Source of the DNA: Alloascoidea hylecoeti
Taxonomy: Eukaryota
Direction of reading: 5' to 3'
Length of the DNA: 64,000 bases
Assembly (NCBI GenBank): GCA_001600815.1
Contig: BCKZ01000003.1
Location: 624,581-688,580, forward strand
Position numbers and translations under genes: made by a program. The stretch's first letter is position 1, and each line of letters begins with the position of its first letter. This document shows positions 22,551 through 36,191 of the stretch, in pieces. Below the pieces are notes generated by a model. The model was not told the origin of the DNA. It saw nothing but the letters and a program-made list of their open reading frames with translations, and made no database searches.

Positions 22551-24238
22551 TTAGTTGTTCACTGCCTTTGAAATAACTTCACCAACTTTCATAGCCCAAT
22601 CCCAATAAGGATCCTCCTTAATTTCAATACTCCCATCTGGATTAAAATATCTAATCTGCTGTTTGTTCTTTGTGCCCCAGTTAACTTCCCTGCCATAAAT
22701 CCAGTCCCCGACAGGTGTCAACCATTCAATGAAGAATGGCTTTTCCTCAGGTAAGATACCATTGGCAACTGTGTAGAACCAAATAGGCATGTCACCACCA
22801 TGAGGAACTCTTGATGCTGGTGGTTCAATATTATCAAAGAATTTTGCTCTATATGCCACTCTATATCTGAAAATGCGGTTAATTGGAACACCACCTTTAA
22901 TAAGGCCATTGACAAACAATCTTCCTGAGCTATAAACTTGCATATCAGAAACAATTGTCCCAAACAATTTCTTGGTTCTTTCCATGTATGATGCTGGGTC
23001 AGTTTTTATTAGGTCTTCTGGTACTGTTGGGTATAAATCGAGTAAGGCTTCCACAACATGGGCAGGATAATAATTATGTAATTGATTCCTAAAATCTTCT
23101 GGAGTCTTTGGTGGATTTGTATTGGCATAGATAGAAAATTCATTCACAACTTCTCCAATTATAACGGATCTACCTGACTTTGCAAATTCTTCACCAAATT
23201 TACCATCGTAGATGTCATTAAATAATGTTGGAGATACAAACTTGTCATCAGTGCATGCCCTAAAAGTATGTAGTTTCAAGTTCAAAATTTCATCTGCTAA
23301 TTTCTCAAAAGGTATAGCTCTCATTCGTTTTAACTTCTCTGTTGATGGTAAATCCCTAGATATACCGAAGGCCTCGGCTAACTGCTCAAATTGCTCTTGA
23401 CTCTCTTCAATGGTTTTTGGTTGAATTGCAAGTCCATTCGAAATCAATTGAACTCTCTTTATGATTTGTTTGACATTTGGGTTATAAATCTCATATGCTA
23501 CTTGAAATATAGAAGAATATGAACCTAATATGCATGTTAATAAAACTCACAAAAATAACCATTCTTAAAAGAAATATAATTACCTGCGCTCACACCACCG
23601 ATTCCGATATTATTCCTATTTCCTCCAAAGAAAGAAATATTCTCTTCAACCCATTCCAAAGCCAAACGCTGGTCCCAAAATCCAAAATTACTACTCATTG
23701 GATCTTCTTCAAGTAATTGCTTACCAGAAAGAAATCCAAATAAGTTCAACCTATAACCAGCTGCAATAACAATAAATCTTGCCGGTGATGGCTCTGCTAG
23801 AAGATTTTGGACATCAGCCCAAGTATACTGATGCGGATTACCAACTTGTAGAAACCCGCCATGATAATAAATCATTACCGGCCATCCATTTTCTGGAGGT
23901 TCACCATATGGTACCCACATATTCAAAAACAGACAATCTTCGTCGTATTTATCATCGGGATTGTGTTTTTGATTTGGACGGTTGTTGTAATGTGGTTGAG
24001 GGCAAATTGTACCAAATTTCGTATAATCACCATCATAGTTATAGTCTTTTGGTAATGGTTGTGGTAGTCTCCATCTTAAGTCACCGATTGGAGGTTGAGC
24101 AAATCTTACAGCAGCAAACCTTGAGCATTTCTCTTTCTTCGTTTTCCCATCCAGTATTGTAAGTCCATTTAATGTTCCTTTACCCGGAATTGTAACTTTA
24201 GCTGGTTTTGAATCCTCTACAATTGGAGCTAAAAACAT
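22551..24238 (-). CDS. Type-B carboxylesterase/lipase (alpha/beta hydrolase), 2 exons, ~542 aa
   Basis: Exons 24238-23584 and 23524-22551, separated by a 59-nt GTAATT..TTAAC..TAG intron. Motifs FAQPPIGDLRW, DEDCLFLN, YYHGGF, YRLNLFGFL, NFGFWDQRLALEWV; nucleophile GVSAG(SYS) across the splice junction; VPHGGD His motif. Confidence 0.9.
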
Positions 24239-27200
24239 GTTTTATATATAAATTGTTTTGAGTCAAATGAAAACTTCAATATAATTAAATTCAATAATAA
24301 TTGAAATCTTTTTTAGTTAAACAAATTCTGTTTCTAGGAAGGGGAATAACTACTATTTAAGAACTTTTAAAAGGAATCAATTATATAATATGGTTAGATA
24401 CCACAAAATTCAAATATCATTGAACAGCAAGATTAGAAACTTTATGCGTCTATTTCCAACGATTTAACACCATCCATCGGGATCTGTAACCGGATTTGAA
24501 CCCATCTTATATTTGAACCCATCTTCTATTTAAACCCTATATTGTAATTTAAAAATTAAAGAAATATATGTGTTGGGTATAACAAGCAAGATGTATGCGA
24601 TAGCTAACGTTATAAAAATATCATTTCTATCTTAATTATATACCCTCTTAAAGTTTCAATCGAGTGTACTAAGTCAATCTCATAACTAATTATAGCATTA
24701 AATGTTACCTAATAATATATCCCTTCATTTTGAATTCGTGCAGGCTAGCTAACATAGTGAAACACACTGGTTAATATATACTATTAAGTTTATACCGAGC
24801 TAACGCTTCCTATGACGACATCTATGGCAATCCATGGCCAGTGTGCTGGTCCCCTCAGACTCCCCTGTCATTACATATGCCACCCAATATCTTTACTATG
24901 ACGGGATGTACTCCCGAGAACCTCCTTGGGAAGACCCTGCATATAATGATCACCAACGTCTAATTGCAAATTTGCAATAACAGTGCTATTCTGTTAATTT
25001 ACGTTCCATTGGCACTGAATATTCGTCACTATGGAGGGAAAACTTCGGAATAGTGACGGTTTATTGAAAACTTGATAACTAATATTCGCCATGTTCCATT
25101 AGAAACCGACATACGTATGGAGTCGTGAGTTTTGATTACTTCATATTTATACCAAAATGCATATGAGGCACCTCCTACAGTGGCGATAACGAAGATATCG
25201 AATGTAAATAATGAAAGCTTGAAATTGTAGCTGTATCTTTGCACAGCAGCTGCTTATGAAAATGTTTAATCGATTAAACATGTAGCATCAAATTGTATAG
25301 GCCTATATATGTATTTGTAGGATAAAATACTCATGGCCTTTGTGCATTATTGGAAAATTCTATAACGTTTCAGAAGTATATTCAAGTCTTTAATTATATA
25401 TAAGGCCTTTGAAAATTTCAATGTATTAATAGTAATTTCGAGAAATAACTGACGACTACTTCTAATTAAAAATATTAGCTTAAAATTATAAATAGTGACA
25501 ATATGATATCATAAATGTTCGACGGCGAATGTATTTTCCAAGCCGTTAATTATATTAGTAATACTCCAATATTAACTGTCATTAAAGACTCATTATATTT
25601 AATTGATTATGAATCTTGTAGAAATGTGAGGCTTAATGTTAATATTGTCTACCTAATCTTACCTATAAATAAATGGTTTCGGATTGTATTATGTTACACA
25701 ATAGTACCCCACGCCTATATGTTCTTCATAATGATGCATATAAAGGGTCAGATTCTATATCCAATTGTTTATAATTAAATATATTGCGGTAATATTTCCC
25801 GAATCATTTCTTGTTATAGTACGTAGTATATTAGTATGGTAATTAGGTTCCTAGGGCTTATACCGTTAATTATGGCTTTATTAACTGGTCGTCAGAAATC
25901 AGAAGTGTTATCCAACCTGGTGTATTTAATGTTAATATTTTGAACTCTTTGAATATTGGAGGTGGTTGATGCATTAATCTTACTCAACGATTGGGATGCT
26001 AGACGACATTCAATGTCGTTGGTTGGAGTATTCAACGAACAATTAACATTAAAATTACCTGTTTAGATAATGTTTCTGATTTCTAATCAACAGTAAGCTG
26101 GAGTGAAGAAGGCGCTACCATGTATATCTGTATTATAAAACATTGGATCTTTTTTAGTCTTTATAAACTTTAAATTCATTCCCAACATGTCAAACTTATT
26201 GGAAAGCTTCTGAAACTGATTATTGAGGTCTTCGAATTTTTCATTTATTTCAGATTTGAATGGTACAAATTACGAAATTAGGCTGTTTACTATAGTTATG
26301 TTGGAAAGCCCTAATAATAGGTTAAATGGCTGTAAGTTATCTAACTTGAATAAGTTTATTTATTGACAGAAAATTCCTCAATTTTCAATCTATTTAAATT
26401 TAATAGATACCAATTTTTCCCCTAGGCCTTAAGCTTGCTTTTTCATTCAGTTCTCTAATACCATCATCGGTAGTTAAATTGATATTACAATAGTTACATT
26501 ATAACTCTTAAGTATGAGACTGTATAATCTTATTTCTTATTCCTTAATCCTTATAAATATTCAATTTCGCAATCACCTAGATTTATAATGATCATTATTA
26601 AAAATCTTAAGCTTATAATATTATATTCAACTAATTAAGAAATTTAGCAAATTAACAATTATTCGATATACCGGTTCACACTTTGTGTGTCATAATTAAT
26701 TAGCTAGTGTCAACTATTTAATATTTATAAAAATTAATTATAGGTAGCATTAATAGTGGTTTGTTTTTACGGTTATATGCCTATCTTGTGAGAAAATGTG
26801 AAATTTAGCAAGCGATATATGTCGTACTATAGTATATTGAAAATAAGCGCCCCAGTAAAAATGGTAGTAGATATTTATAAGTTTATAATTTAGTGATTGT
26901 TCAACTTCTTCATTAATTCATTAGGTATAGTTAGCAATATAAAACAAATTTTATTAATAATTCAATGATTTCTTGGAATATTTGCGAGTCATGTCTCGGA
27001 ACAATGATTAGCGATTAACCTACCAGTCCGGTAGCTAAAATACAGTATTTCCACTCTGAATTATTTCAACCAATAATAACCAAATTGTGCCCAAAACAAT
27101 TATGTGCTAAAGCCTATACATAGTACTAAAATTTTTATCTCCATGGCACCGAACTTTTTATTCTACCTTGTGCAGAAAAACATACACCCAGACTGGAAAT

Positions 27201-27479
27201 ACCACATGTAGCTATGACAGAGCTATAAAATTCCTTCGTCCTCCACCTAAGTTCCAGTTAGTCTTCATGTATTGATCAAAAACTTCCTTTAATGCAAATT
27301 ATCATCATCAGACAAACAAAATGTTCAATAAAATATTGCAATTGAATTGTTTCTGAATCATTATAATATTTCTACTTTATTGAACATTTGTGTCATGTGT
27401 TGATACTTTTACCGATATGCTTTGTCTCTACAATGACGAAATTTTTGATTCAGATTCCGAGGCTAGCCATAATATATGG

Positions 27480-27481
<2 letters not shown>

Positions 27482-27509
<28 letters not shown>
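27482..27509. repeat. (TA)n microsatellite
   Basis: Alternating TA run of about 28 nt; a shorter one lies at ~30549-30568. Confidence 0.8.
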
Positions 27510-27512
<3 letters not shown>

Positions 27513-28029
27513 AACATTCTAATTTCAATTAAGATGAAGCAGCTTATAGCTAACATCGATATCAACTCATGGATGATACGAACACTTTGCCAACATAATA
27601 AACTTGAAACTCACTCCACAAAGTAGCTATAGTAGTCTTTCTTTTCTTTAATACAGCCGAGTTCCTCCTTAAGTGGCTAAGCTTTTTTGGATACGGCTAT
27701 TACCACCCTAATATATAATCCCTTCTTTTTAAATATACATGCATATAATGACCTATTTATCTAGAACTCCATTAAGTGAGATTTCAGATGATTGTAGTTA
27801 TAAAAGTTTCCTCCTTGAGCACATCTGATGAGCTGTATTGAACTTGCTCTATCAACCTGACTAACCGCTGTTTTGAATGCAAGGCTAGCGCTCTATTTGA
27901 CTGCTTGATATCTTCCCTTTTGGTAAGCTGTGGAATAAGTTATAAAGCAGATTGCAACATAAAACTGCAACACAACTCTAATACTCAAACTCTAATGAAG
28001 AAGCTTCAAAGTTCAACATTAGAATAACC

Positions 28030-28701
28030 AAGATCATCTCAAGAAAAAAACCCTTGTGAAAAAACAAGGATTTGGAACATTTTTGGTCTTATCGGAATGA
28101 GAGAACAAAAGGATGAAGTCTATAGATATATTGAAGTGGTCTCAGGAAGTTTGGGATAGTGTTGTATCCACGGGGGAATGTTCGGTTCGCTATATAGGAT
28201 CCGGATCTAGAAAACTATATAAGATCTTATAACTATACTCAACAACAGTTACATCAGACGTTTGAACCGGAAAGTATTTAAATATAAGAAAGTTTGTGGG
28301 GACTGTGGTTTGGAAAGGAGGTCGTGGTACATTGTATATATAGAGTGGTAACAGAAAAAGAAGAGTCGCCACACGTTCCTATATAAAACTTCTTCAGATT
28401 CCTGAGGGTCTCATAATCTAGCAGGACAATTATGGTATTTGTGTGAAGAGATAGAGGTGATAGAATGGCCGCCTTTACCAGACCTTAATCCAATTACATG
28501 TAGAATCTCAAAAAGGTTCATCCCATGGCAAGAATTACGATTATGAGTTTTCCACATAGAGTGAGTGTGAAGTAAGGACTAAATTTTAAGTCTCATTCAG
28601 AATATCGGGATCTCATGGAGCTGGATAAGATTGATAATTTTGACTGGAAGTGGAGAGTGGTAGCCATTTATAGGATTAAGGGCACTAATACTAAATACTG
28701 A
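28030..28701 (+). mobile_element. Degenerate Tc1/mariner (Tc1-like DDE) transposase relic
   Basis: Collinear remnants across stops and frameshifts: SRKKPL (28039), WSQEVWDSVVSTGECSV (cf. W..V.WSDE), II*QDN (cf. FQQDN), IEWPPLPDLNPI (~28460-28495; cf. WPxxSPDLNPIE), and C-terminal RVVAIYRIKGTNTKY* (cf. R..AVI.AKGG.TKY*). Confidence 0.8.
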
Positions 28702-30519
28702 ACTTGAAATGTCGTTTGTACATTAATATAATCCCCAGTATCTACAGAAAATTATGCGCTATTTTAAGAAAAGTTGAAGGTCTTGTAGAAAATTCAATGA
28801 CTGGTTATATATTATTGACTTTTTTCTTTGGAACGGTATCCAAAATAACTACCCCACTACACCTCGAGCTCCTCCCTTGAATTTGAAGTGTTGCGATAAA
28901 CCATGGCCTTCAAACTTTAAACAACTCTAAATGACCATCTAGAAGAATATTTGTATCGGAAACGTGGGTCATAAAAAAGACTGGAGTGAGGCATTTAAAC
29001 CAAAAAAGTTCCAAAAAGTAAAACAGAGAAGTGGTTCGATTTTTTTTATCGATCGGTATCATCTTTAATTGGTGTTGTAATTAATACTCTCTGCACAATA
29101 ATATATCCAGAAACACCTCAAACACCCAGCTGTACCACACCATATGCATATAAGGTTAATTTGTAATTGAGATCTTCTATTTAACTCCTATTTTTTTGTA
29201 ACCTTATTATAATAGCTACGTGAAATTTCAGTTATCTTATTTAATTATAAGAAACTTTCGTATAAGCAGTGCTATTGACCACTTTTGTTAATTGGATTGT
29301 GTGGTGGTTCCTTAGGCCTTATACAAAAATTGTATACCTAAATTATTACCAACGTAACGGTTACTACTCCTGGCTATAAGGAATCAGGTGGTACTTACTT
29401 TTTACATAAATTTTACCATTTTGCAATTTTAATTGATATATAATTGACTATTAATTGCCTATAATTTATTATTCCTTAAAATTGGAATTCCACCCGCTGT
29501 TGTGAATTTGTCTCCTGAAATTTGGGGGGCCTGGGAAACATTAAGTCAGTGGAAGAAAATTAGAATATAAATTTAATATATGGGACATTTAATGGGAAAC
29601 ATATAGTCATATATATAGCTAGCTAAAAAAACGTCTATCTTTGTATAAGGTCTTATATATGTATTATTATAGCTATATATAGCAGCAGTATACGTGGTTA
29701 AGCTATATAATAGACGTTAAACTTCAAAAAAGGAACATCTACAAAACTTTTATACAACATCTAGTTAATATATCAATGGATCTCTTAAATTTATATGACT
29801 TTATAATTATAGAAACTAACTAGTTGTAATTTTCATTAAAAATTATGGGCTCTGTAAATTTACACATGTATTTTTTTCTGGATCTCACAAAGTGTTCTTT
29901 TGAGCCTATAAGTTATGTTAGATATAATCCAACTTGTCAATCGCGTGCACCTGAACCTGAAAATTTAATACTAATTATATAAGGATAGAACTAAATTTAA
30001 AGATATCTTACGTGGTTTTTTGTGTTTTATGCTTTCCTTATAATTATTAACCGTCGGCATCCATCGCCCTTCAGATTTAAATTCACCTAGATCTAGCTAC
30101 GTCAGTTACTAATAGTCAGCGAAGTAATAGAATTCTTAGCATTGCTTACTATTGCTTAACTAATTAGTAAAGTAACCTGCAGTCCAACTTCTAATTAAAG
30201 GCGCTCTTTAGAGTCTTTACTAAGTTTATAAATTATAATATAATGAATAAGTAAGAAAAAATTTATCCACTGCACGTTAATTATACCAACTTTATGTAAG
30301 GATATTGATTATGATATTAATATTAATATTAGATCTTATTTCAAATAGAACACAGTGTTCCAGCTGGTTATGTTTTATATAAATATAAGGTTATAGCGTA
30401 ACATCTTACATTGTAATTGTGAAGATCTAAGAAGCTCAAGAATAATTTTGCTTCTCTAGATCGATCACCTTTGATATAAGATGATAAATATATTAGAGAC
30501 AAAGGATCAATTCCTTTCA

Positions 30520-31110
30520 TATGCGGAAAACGTGTATGCATAATATACATATATATATATATATATAATTACACCATAAAAATTATCTTATAGTTACATC
30601 ATGAGACTCCTGTAGTTACGAGAAAAGTTATTCCGGAGTTGCCAAAAATTATATTACAGTGTTGTGGATTAATGTGGACATTGTGGAGTATGGCCTGCTT
30701 TTTTTTATTGATTGAGATGAACCTTAAAATTTCATAATTCAAAGCCGGAATTCCTAAATGATTATAATTAAGATGTTTTTGCCATTAGGGTCCGGAAGAG
30801 AGTTACAGTTATTTATCCGCGGCTATTCCGGATAAACAACCTTATTTATGCACACATGCATTTAAGTTATTCCGTGTTTAGAACAAATATGCATGACTAC
30901 AGTTAGTTTTTCCATTTAATTATTGCAACCGACTTGAACCGACCAGTTAATGACTAAAACAATGCATAGTTAAAGGGTTTTTCCGAGGTGATATCATGAT
31001 TTTTATGTTAATGGATCCAATTAATGCTAATGTGCAACTTTTTGCATTTAACATGCCTCCCGGAAAAAAATTTGTGGAGTGTCCAAAACTCAAACATTAA
31101 TGTGGAGATG
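30520..31110. promoter_or_regulatory. Candidate glucose-responsive sites (Rgt1-like CGGANNA, Mig1-like GTGGAG) upstream of hexose transporter
   Basis: CGGAAAA near 30524 and 31061, CGGATAA near 30828, and several TGTGGAG (near 30682, 31073, 31101). These motifs are short and may occur by chance. Confidence 0.35.
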
Positions 31111-31284
31111 ACAGTAAGAAACTGTAATTGCAATGCTAGACCATTCTATCACATATCATTAATTACTTCTAATTCTTGTATTTAAAGAACCAGATTTCCA
31201 GATTCTTAGTTTTTTCTTCATCACTTTGATCACTTAATTATTTAACTATCAAATTAATTTAAAAATTTACATCGATTTTTTATA

Positions 31285-32937
31285 ATGGAGTCTAATCATA
31301 CAAATGATGAGTCTCCGAATTTATCTGGTACGGCAACACCAGTTAATAACCAAGAAACTGTCTCAATCGACAAATTGAATGTTGAGTTGGAAAAGAAACC
31401 TTTTTCAGCATATTTTACCGTCGCTTGCTACTGTATCTTGACTGCCTTTGGTGGGTTTGTCTTTGGTTGGGATACAGGTACAATTTCTGGTTTCGTTAGT
31501 ATGGAAGATTTCAAAATGCGTTTCGGTCAACTTAGTGGTGATGGTAGCCACTATTATTTATCTAAAGTTAGAACTGGTCTTATGGTTGGTATCTTCAATA
31601 TAGGTTGTGCCATCGGTTCTGTGTTTTTAGGTAGACTTGGTGATATGGTAGGAAGAAGAAAGGGTATTATGATCGTTACAATTATTTACATTGTTGGTAT
31701 TATTATTCAAATTGCAAGTATCGACAAATGGTATCAATACTTTATCGGTCGTATTATTTCTGGTGTTGGTGTTGGTGCTATCTCTGTTCTATCACCAATG
31801 ATGATTAGTGAAACTTCACCAAAACAAATTAGAGGTACTTTAGTTTCTTGTTATCAGTTAATGATTACTTTAGGTATCTTTTTAGGTTACTGTACTGATT
31901 ATGGTACAAAACAAAGAACTGGTTCAGAGACTTGGAGAATTCCATTAGGTCTTAGTTTTGCATGGGCTATTTTCCTATTTTTGGCTATGGTTTTAATGCC
32001 CGAATCACCTAGATATCTTGTTCAAATTGGAGAAATCGATCAAGCAAGAAAATCATTGGCTACAGTTAACAAAGTTAGTCCAGATGATCCAGCAATTTTT
32101 AAGGAAATTAATGAAATTGATGCTGGTATTCAATACGAAAAATCTCAAGGTAATGCTTCATGGGGTGAATTATTTACAGGTAAACCACAAATTTTCAGAA
32201 GAGTTTTCACTGGTATTATGCTTCAATCTCTTCAACAGTTGACAGGTGATAACTATTTCTTTTATTATGGTACCACTATTTTTAATGCCGTTGGTATGAG
32301 TGATTCTTATGAGACTTCAATTGTTTTAGGTATTATCAATTTTGGTTCTACTTTTGTTGGTATTTATATTGCTGATAAGATTGGACGAAGAAAGGTTCTT
32401 ATTTATGGTGCTATTAGTATGTTTGTCTGTTTCGTCATTTTCGCTTCATTAGGTACCAAATCTTTATACATCAATGGTAGAGGTCATCCTGATGAAACTA
32501 GAACATCAGTTGGTGATGGTATGATTTTCTTAGCTTGTCTTTATATTTTCTGTTTTGCAAGTACTTGGGCTCCAGTTTGTTTTGTTGTTGTATCAGAAAT
32601 TTATCCAATTAGAATTAAATCTAAAGGTATGGCTCTTGCAATGGCTGCTAATTGGTTCTGGGGTTTCCTTATTTCATTTTTCACACCATTTATTACAGGT
32701 GCTATTGGTTTTGCTTATGGTTATGTCTTTACAGGTTGCTTGATCTTTATGGCTATCTTTTGTTACTTCATTGTTCCAGAAACAAGAGGTTTATCTTTGG
32801 AAGAAGTTGATGAGTTATACGAATCTGGTGTCTCACCAATAAAATCAAGTCATTGGACACCATCAAGGAATGCTAATAGAAAGGAGGCAGCCTTTGAACC
32901 TGAATCTAAACACGAATCTGTTGATCATGACGCATAA
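31285..32937 (+). CDS. HXT: Hexose transporter (MFS sugar porter, HXT/GAL2 family)
   Basis: [84 protein letters not shown]. Confidence 0.95.
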   Translation: MESNHTNDESPNLSGTATPVNNQETVSIDKLNVELEKKPFSAYFTVACYCILTAFGGFVFGWDTGTISGFVSMEDFKMRFGQLSGDGSHYYLSKVRTGLMVGIFNIGCAIGSVFLGRLGDMVGRRKGIMIVTIIYIVGIIIQIASIDKWYQYFIGRIISGVGVGAISVLSPMMISETSPKQIRGTLVSCYQLMITLGIFLGYCTDYGTKQRTGSETWRIPLGLSFAWAIFLFLAMVLMPESPRYLVQIGEIDQARKSLATVNKVSPDDPAIFKEINEIDAGIQYEKSQGNASWGELFTGKPQIFRRVFTGIMLQSLQQLTGDNYFFYYGTTIFNAVGMSDSYETSIVLGIINFGSTFVGIYIADKIGRRKVLIYGAISMFVCFVIFASLGTKSLYINGRGHPDETRTSVGDGMIFLACLYIFCFASTWAPVCFVVVSEIYPIRIKSKGMALAMAANWFWGFLISFFTPFITGAIGFAYGYVFTGCLIFMAIFCYFIVPETRGLSLEEVDELYESGVSPIKSSHWTPSRNANRKEAAFEPESKHESVDHDA

Positions 32938-33918
32938 ATTAATATATAAGCAGATGCATTATTTGAACTGGCGACTAATATTTCATGCCAATAATATAAT
33001 GTTAAGTAATACTGCTAACTCTTTATTGATTTCTTTTTTTGAAAGTTTAAAACATTTTCACATTTTCAAGCCTTTTCTTAAAGGTGATAAATATTTATTT
33101 TTATATCATTAGCTCTAGAAATTTTAGCTACGAAAGTTACGACATTTTAGTTTAGAAACACTTCGGTAATAACGAATAGAACTTTTTCTTTATTGAATTT
33201 TGAATTTAAATATTGTTTATATTGACTTATATATATGGATACAGTTAGAATAATAATTTTAGATTTATTTGTTAAAATAACGTTGCAGTTGTAGATAAAA
33301 GTGTATCGATTGATATCGAAATGGATTTCATTAACTATGTCTAGAACAAAGCTTAAGATCAGTAATTAAAAACGTGTACGTGATTGATTATCGCTAATTA
33401 TATATTATTATGTGATGAAAATTATTCTATATCTGTGAAAGATTATTTATGTCATTATTTTATGTGATTTGGGGTGAAATCACTGAAATATTGCTGAAAT
33501 ATTAATAACATGTAGAATTAAAATATAGCCTTTAATGTACTGAGACCAGGCGCGCTCGATGTGCGTGTGTTTTTTAGACCTCCAAAAGATTGTTATGTAT
33601 TATAAACAACCATTGAATTCTCTAAATACTTCTTAAATTCTAGTATTAAACTGTTCATAAAATAAATGTATTTCCTCATAAAAATTATCTCTGACCGGTC
33701 CTTTTGCTAATTTCGGGTCCTAATCTACCAGTCTTTTACGTTTCAGGCAGCACGTTGTACACATACATGGTCAATCTTGAGCCAACCTGGGTGGGAGTTA
33801 TATCAGCAATCATTATTGCCTTAATCGGACGTGCAAAAAAAAATAAAGTATAAGGCTATAAGCCGATCATCCATCATCTGTAGTTCGCAATTTAAGTTGT
33901 ATACTAATTACTAATGAC

Positions 33919-34250
33919 TGAATGTGTAAAACCATCTGCTTTTTGGCCTAACCATAATTTTAATTTTTATCGTCCTCGTTTTAAAGTCCCATCTTTTTGA
34001 TCAAATAATGGGATATTTTTAGGACCAGAATATTCCCAAACAGTAATAGCTAATTGTGATGAAAATGGAAGTTGTGAATAATTGATTGGAAGTGTAAGCC
34101 ATTCTGACCATTTTCTTATAGATTTAAATGCAATATATGAAGTTGTAACATGTATTGTAAGTGGTTTACAATCAGCAAATATTTGAGCCGTTACAAATAA
34201 ATCTGAATTTGATATAACTTTTGATTGAGTAAATATTTCTTCGGGTTTTG
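33919..34250 (-). pseudogene. VPS34: VPS34 (PI3-kinase) C2-domain gene fragment
   Basis: SDLFVTAQIFADCKPLT...TSYIAFKSIRKWSEWLTLPINYSQLPFSSQLAITVWE...IPLFDQKDGTLKRGR*KLKLWLGQKADG. In-frame TAA at 33967-33969 where Gln is expected, the FGGTT segment appears deleted, and there is no ATG and no helical or kinase domain. Confidence 0.8.
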
Positions 34251-34274
34251 TTATTTGATTCCTTATAAACACTT

Positions 34275-34450
34275 AAGACTTAATATACACTACTTTTTTT
34301 TATAAAAGGAAATGATTATCGTTAGAATTGAAAAGATAGTTAGCAGATTTATAAGTTTATAAATCGAGTTTTCTATCTTTATTAGATGATATCATTTATA
34401 TTTATATTAATGGCCTTGAGTGAATTTACATTCACTTAAATTCTGAAATA
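34275..34450 (+). repeat. Dispersed ~170-bp repeat, copy 1
   Basis: aagacttaatatacact...gattatcgtta...gttagcagatttataa...tcgagttttctatct...attagatgatatcattta...attctgaaata; aligns by eye to 37803-37966 in the same orientation. Confidence 0.85.
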
Positions 34451-36116
34451 TAAAAATGCTACTTAATTACCAATTGCAAACAAATATTAATCGCTAATTT
34501 TGTTGAGACATGACTAGGGGGTATTATTCTATGAACCAAGAGAAATTAACAAAGATCACTAAAATATCATAAAGATTACTAAATATTTATTTATTGGTTT
34601 GCCAATTATTTCCAGGTGCCTTTGCTAGAGAGTCTTCAAGAAAATCGCTATATGCAAGGGATGATGTATTTAAACTTGATTGTGATACATCTGAATCCGA
34701 GTTGAATAGTCATAAGAATGAGGTTTCAGTTGTAGTCTATATATAATTGTACTATTCTGTTTCTCAACTCAATTATTATTAGTAGGGCTGCGATCCCTGT
34801 TCATTCCATATATCTGAATGACGGAACCTTATAGCTCCTTCTAAAGTTGTTCTTACGACCTACACACTACAGACATGTATAAGGCCTTATAGTCTTAATA
34901 TACTAATTTGAAGGTAAACATATATATACATGAGGAGTGCCTAATTCTAGTAAACTAGTGAAGTATATTATACTAGAGGTTTGTTTATATGAAGGTTTTT
35001 AAAGTTTCTGCTAACAAACACTAGAAGTATTAATGTTCATTCTATTAACTTCCAATTTATATAATATTCAGAATATAAACTTATCTATCTACCCTTTTAA
35101 TAAGGAGTTGGGTGTTTATTATGGCATTTAAGTTTATAGATCGGTTAGTAATTATAATTGCAATTTCTGATATTTTCTACCCGTTAAACTGAGAACTGAT
35201 TGATCTTTGCACATGAATGATGATACAGCACTGATCTTTGTGATAGTTATTATTTCTGAATAGGATTCTGAACTTGACAATATTGAATTGCACTACGAAT
35301 AAAAATATCAGGATTATAATCAACTAATATTGAGTACTCTGCAATGCTTTAAGATGTTTTTAAAATCCTAAAGCTTTTATTAGTATCTATAAACTTAGTA
35401 TAAAATGATATTTTTAGTATTTAGTGATAGCGCCATTAAAAACTGTCTTGAAACCACAACATACGGTTACTGTCACACGACACTTGTTAAAGAATCCCGA
35501 GATATCTACCCGATCTCATCTTTCATCAAACTTCTAAATGCTTATTAAAACAAATTAAGTTATATGCACTGCATTTTTTGGGCAGAAACCTACATTCAGT
35601 CAATTAATTTACATAGCCTCCTTAAATTCGCTGGCATTACGTTTAATAATAAGTTAAAGGAAGAAAAATCTTCTCCACAAAAATGAAAGTTAAAGTTATC
35701 GTTATAAATCCATGCTAATATCTATAAATTGCAATTGAAACAAGAATTAATTGTTTTTTAAATTATAACACTAAAAATAGTAAGTTTCTCCTATAAGATC
35801 TCATATTAACCCAACCAATTGCAATAATTACAATCCATTCATATCCATTATCCAACATCCATCAATTAGAAAGCATAAGCTTCTATTAGTATCCACAAGT
35901 TTAAAATAAGTAACATTTATATTAGTTCAAAATTCAATTCTCAATTACTTATGAGATTAATTATAGATAAGAAAAAAACTCGAAACTTGCTTCCAATTGA
36001 GCAACCTAACATTAATTTTAAAAAAAAAGTAATCATGTGTGAAAAATATTAATCAGGTATGAAAACAATGTAAATAGAAAAGAAGTAAAACAAATTGAGA
36101 ACACAGTTTGGAGTCC

Positions 36117-36117
<1 letters not shown>

Positions 36118-36152
<35 letters not shown>
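36118..36152 (+). repeat. Poly(A) tract (35 nt)
   Basis: Homopolymer run located ~40 bp past the stop codon of the minus-strand ORF 36192-36941. Confidence 0.85.
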
Positions 36153-36154
<2 letters not shown>

Positions 36155-36191
36155 GGAGTAGTTTATTTAATTTAGAATGTAGTTGAACGGC

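Noticed and set aside
24490..24540. GGTTCAAATCC B-box-like motif (minus strand) within a short ATTTGAACCCATCTT duplication; possible tRNA
   Set aside because: No cloverleaf, acceptor stem or A-box can be built around it. At most it is an isolated TFIIIC-like site.
24800..25250. GC-richer patch with faint retrotransposon-integrase-like words on the minus strand
   Set aside because: Only one short ambiguous match (WPWIAIDVVIG) and no collinear supporting motifs.
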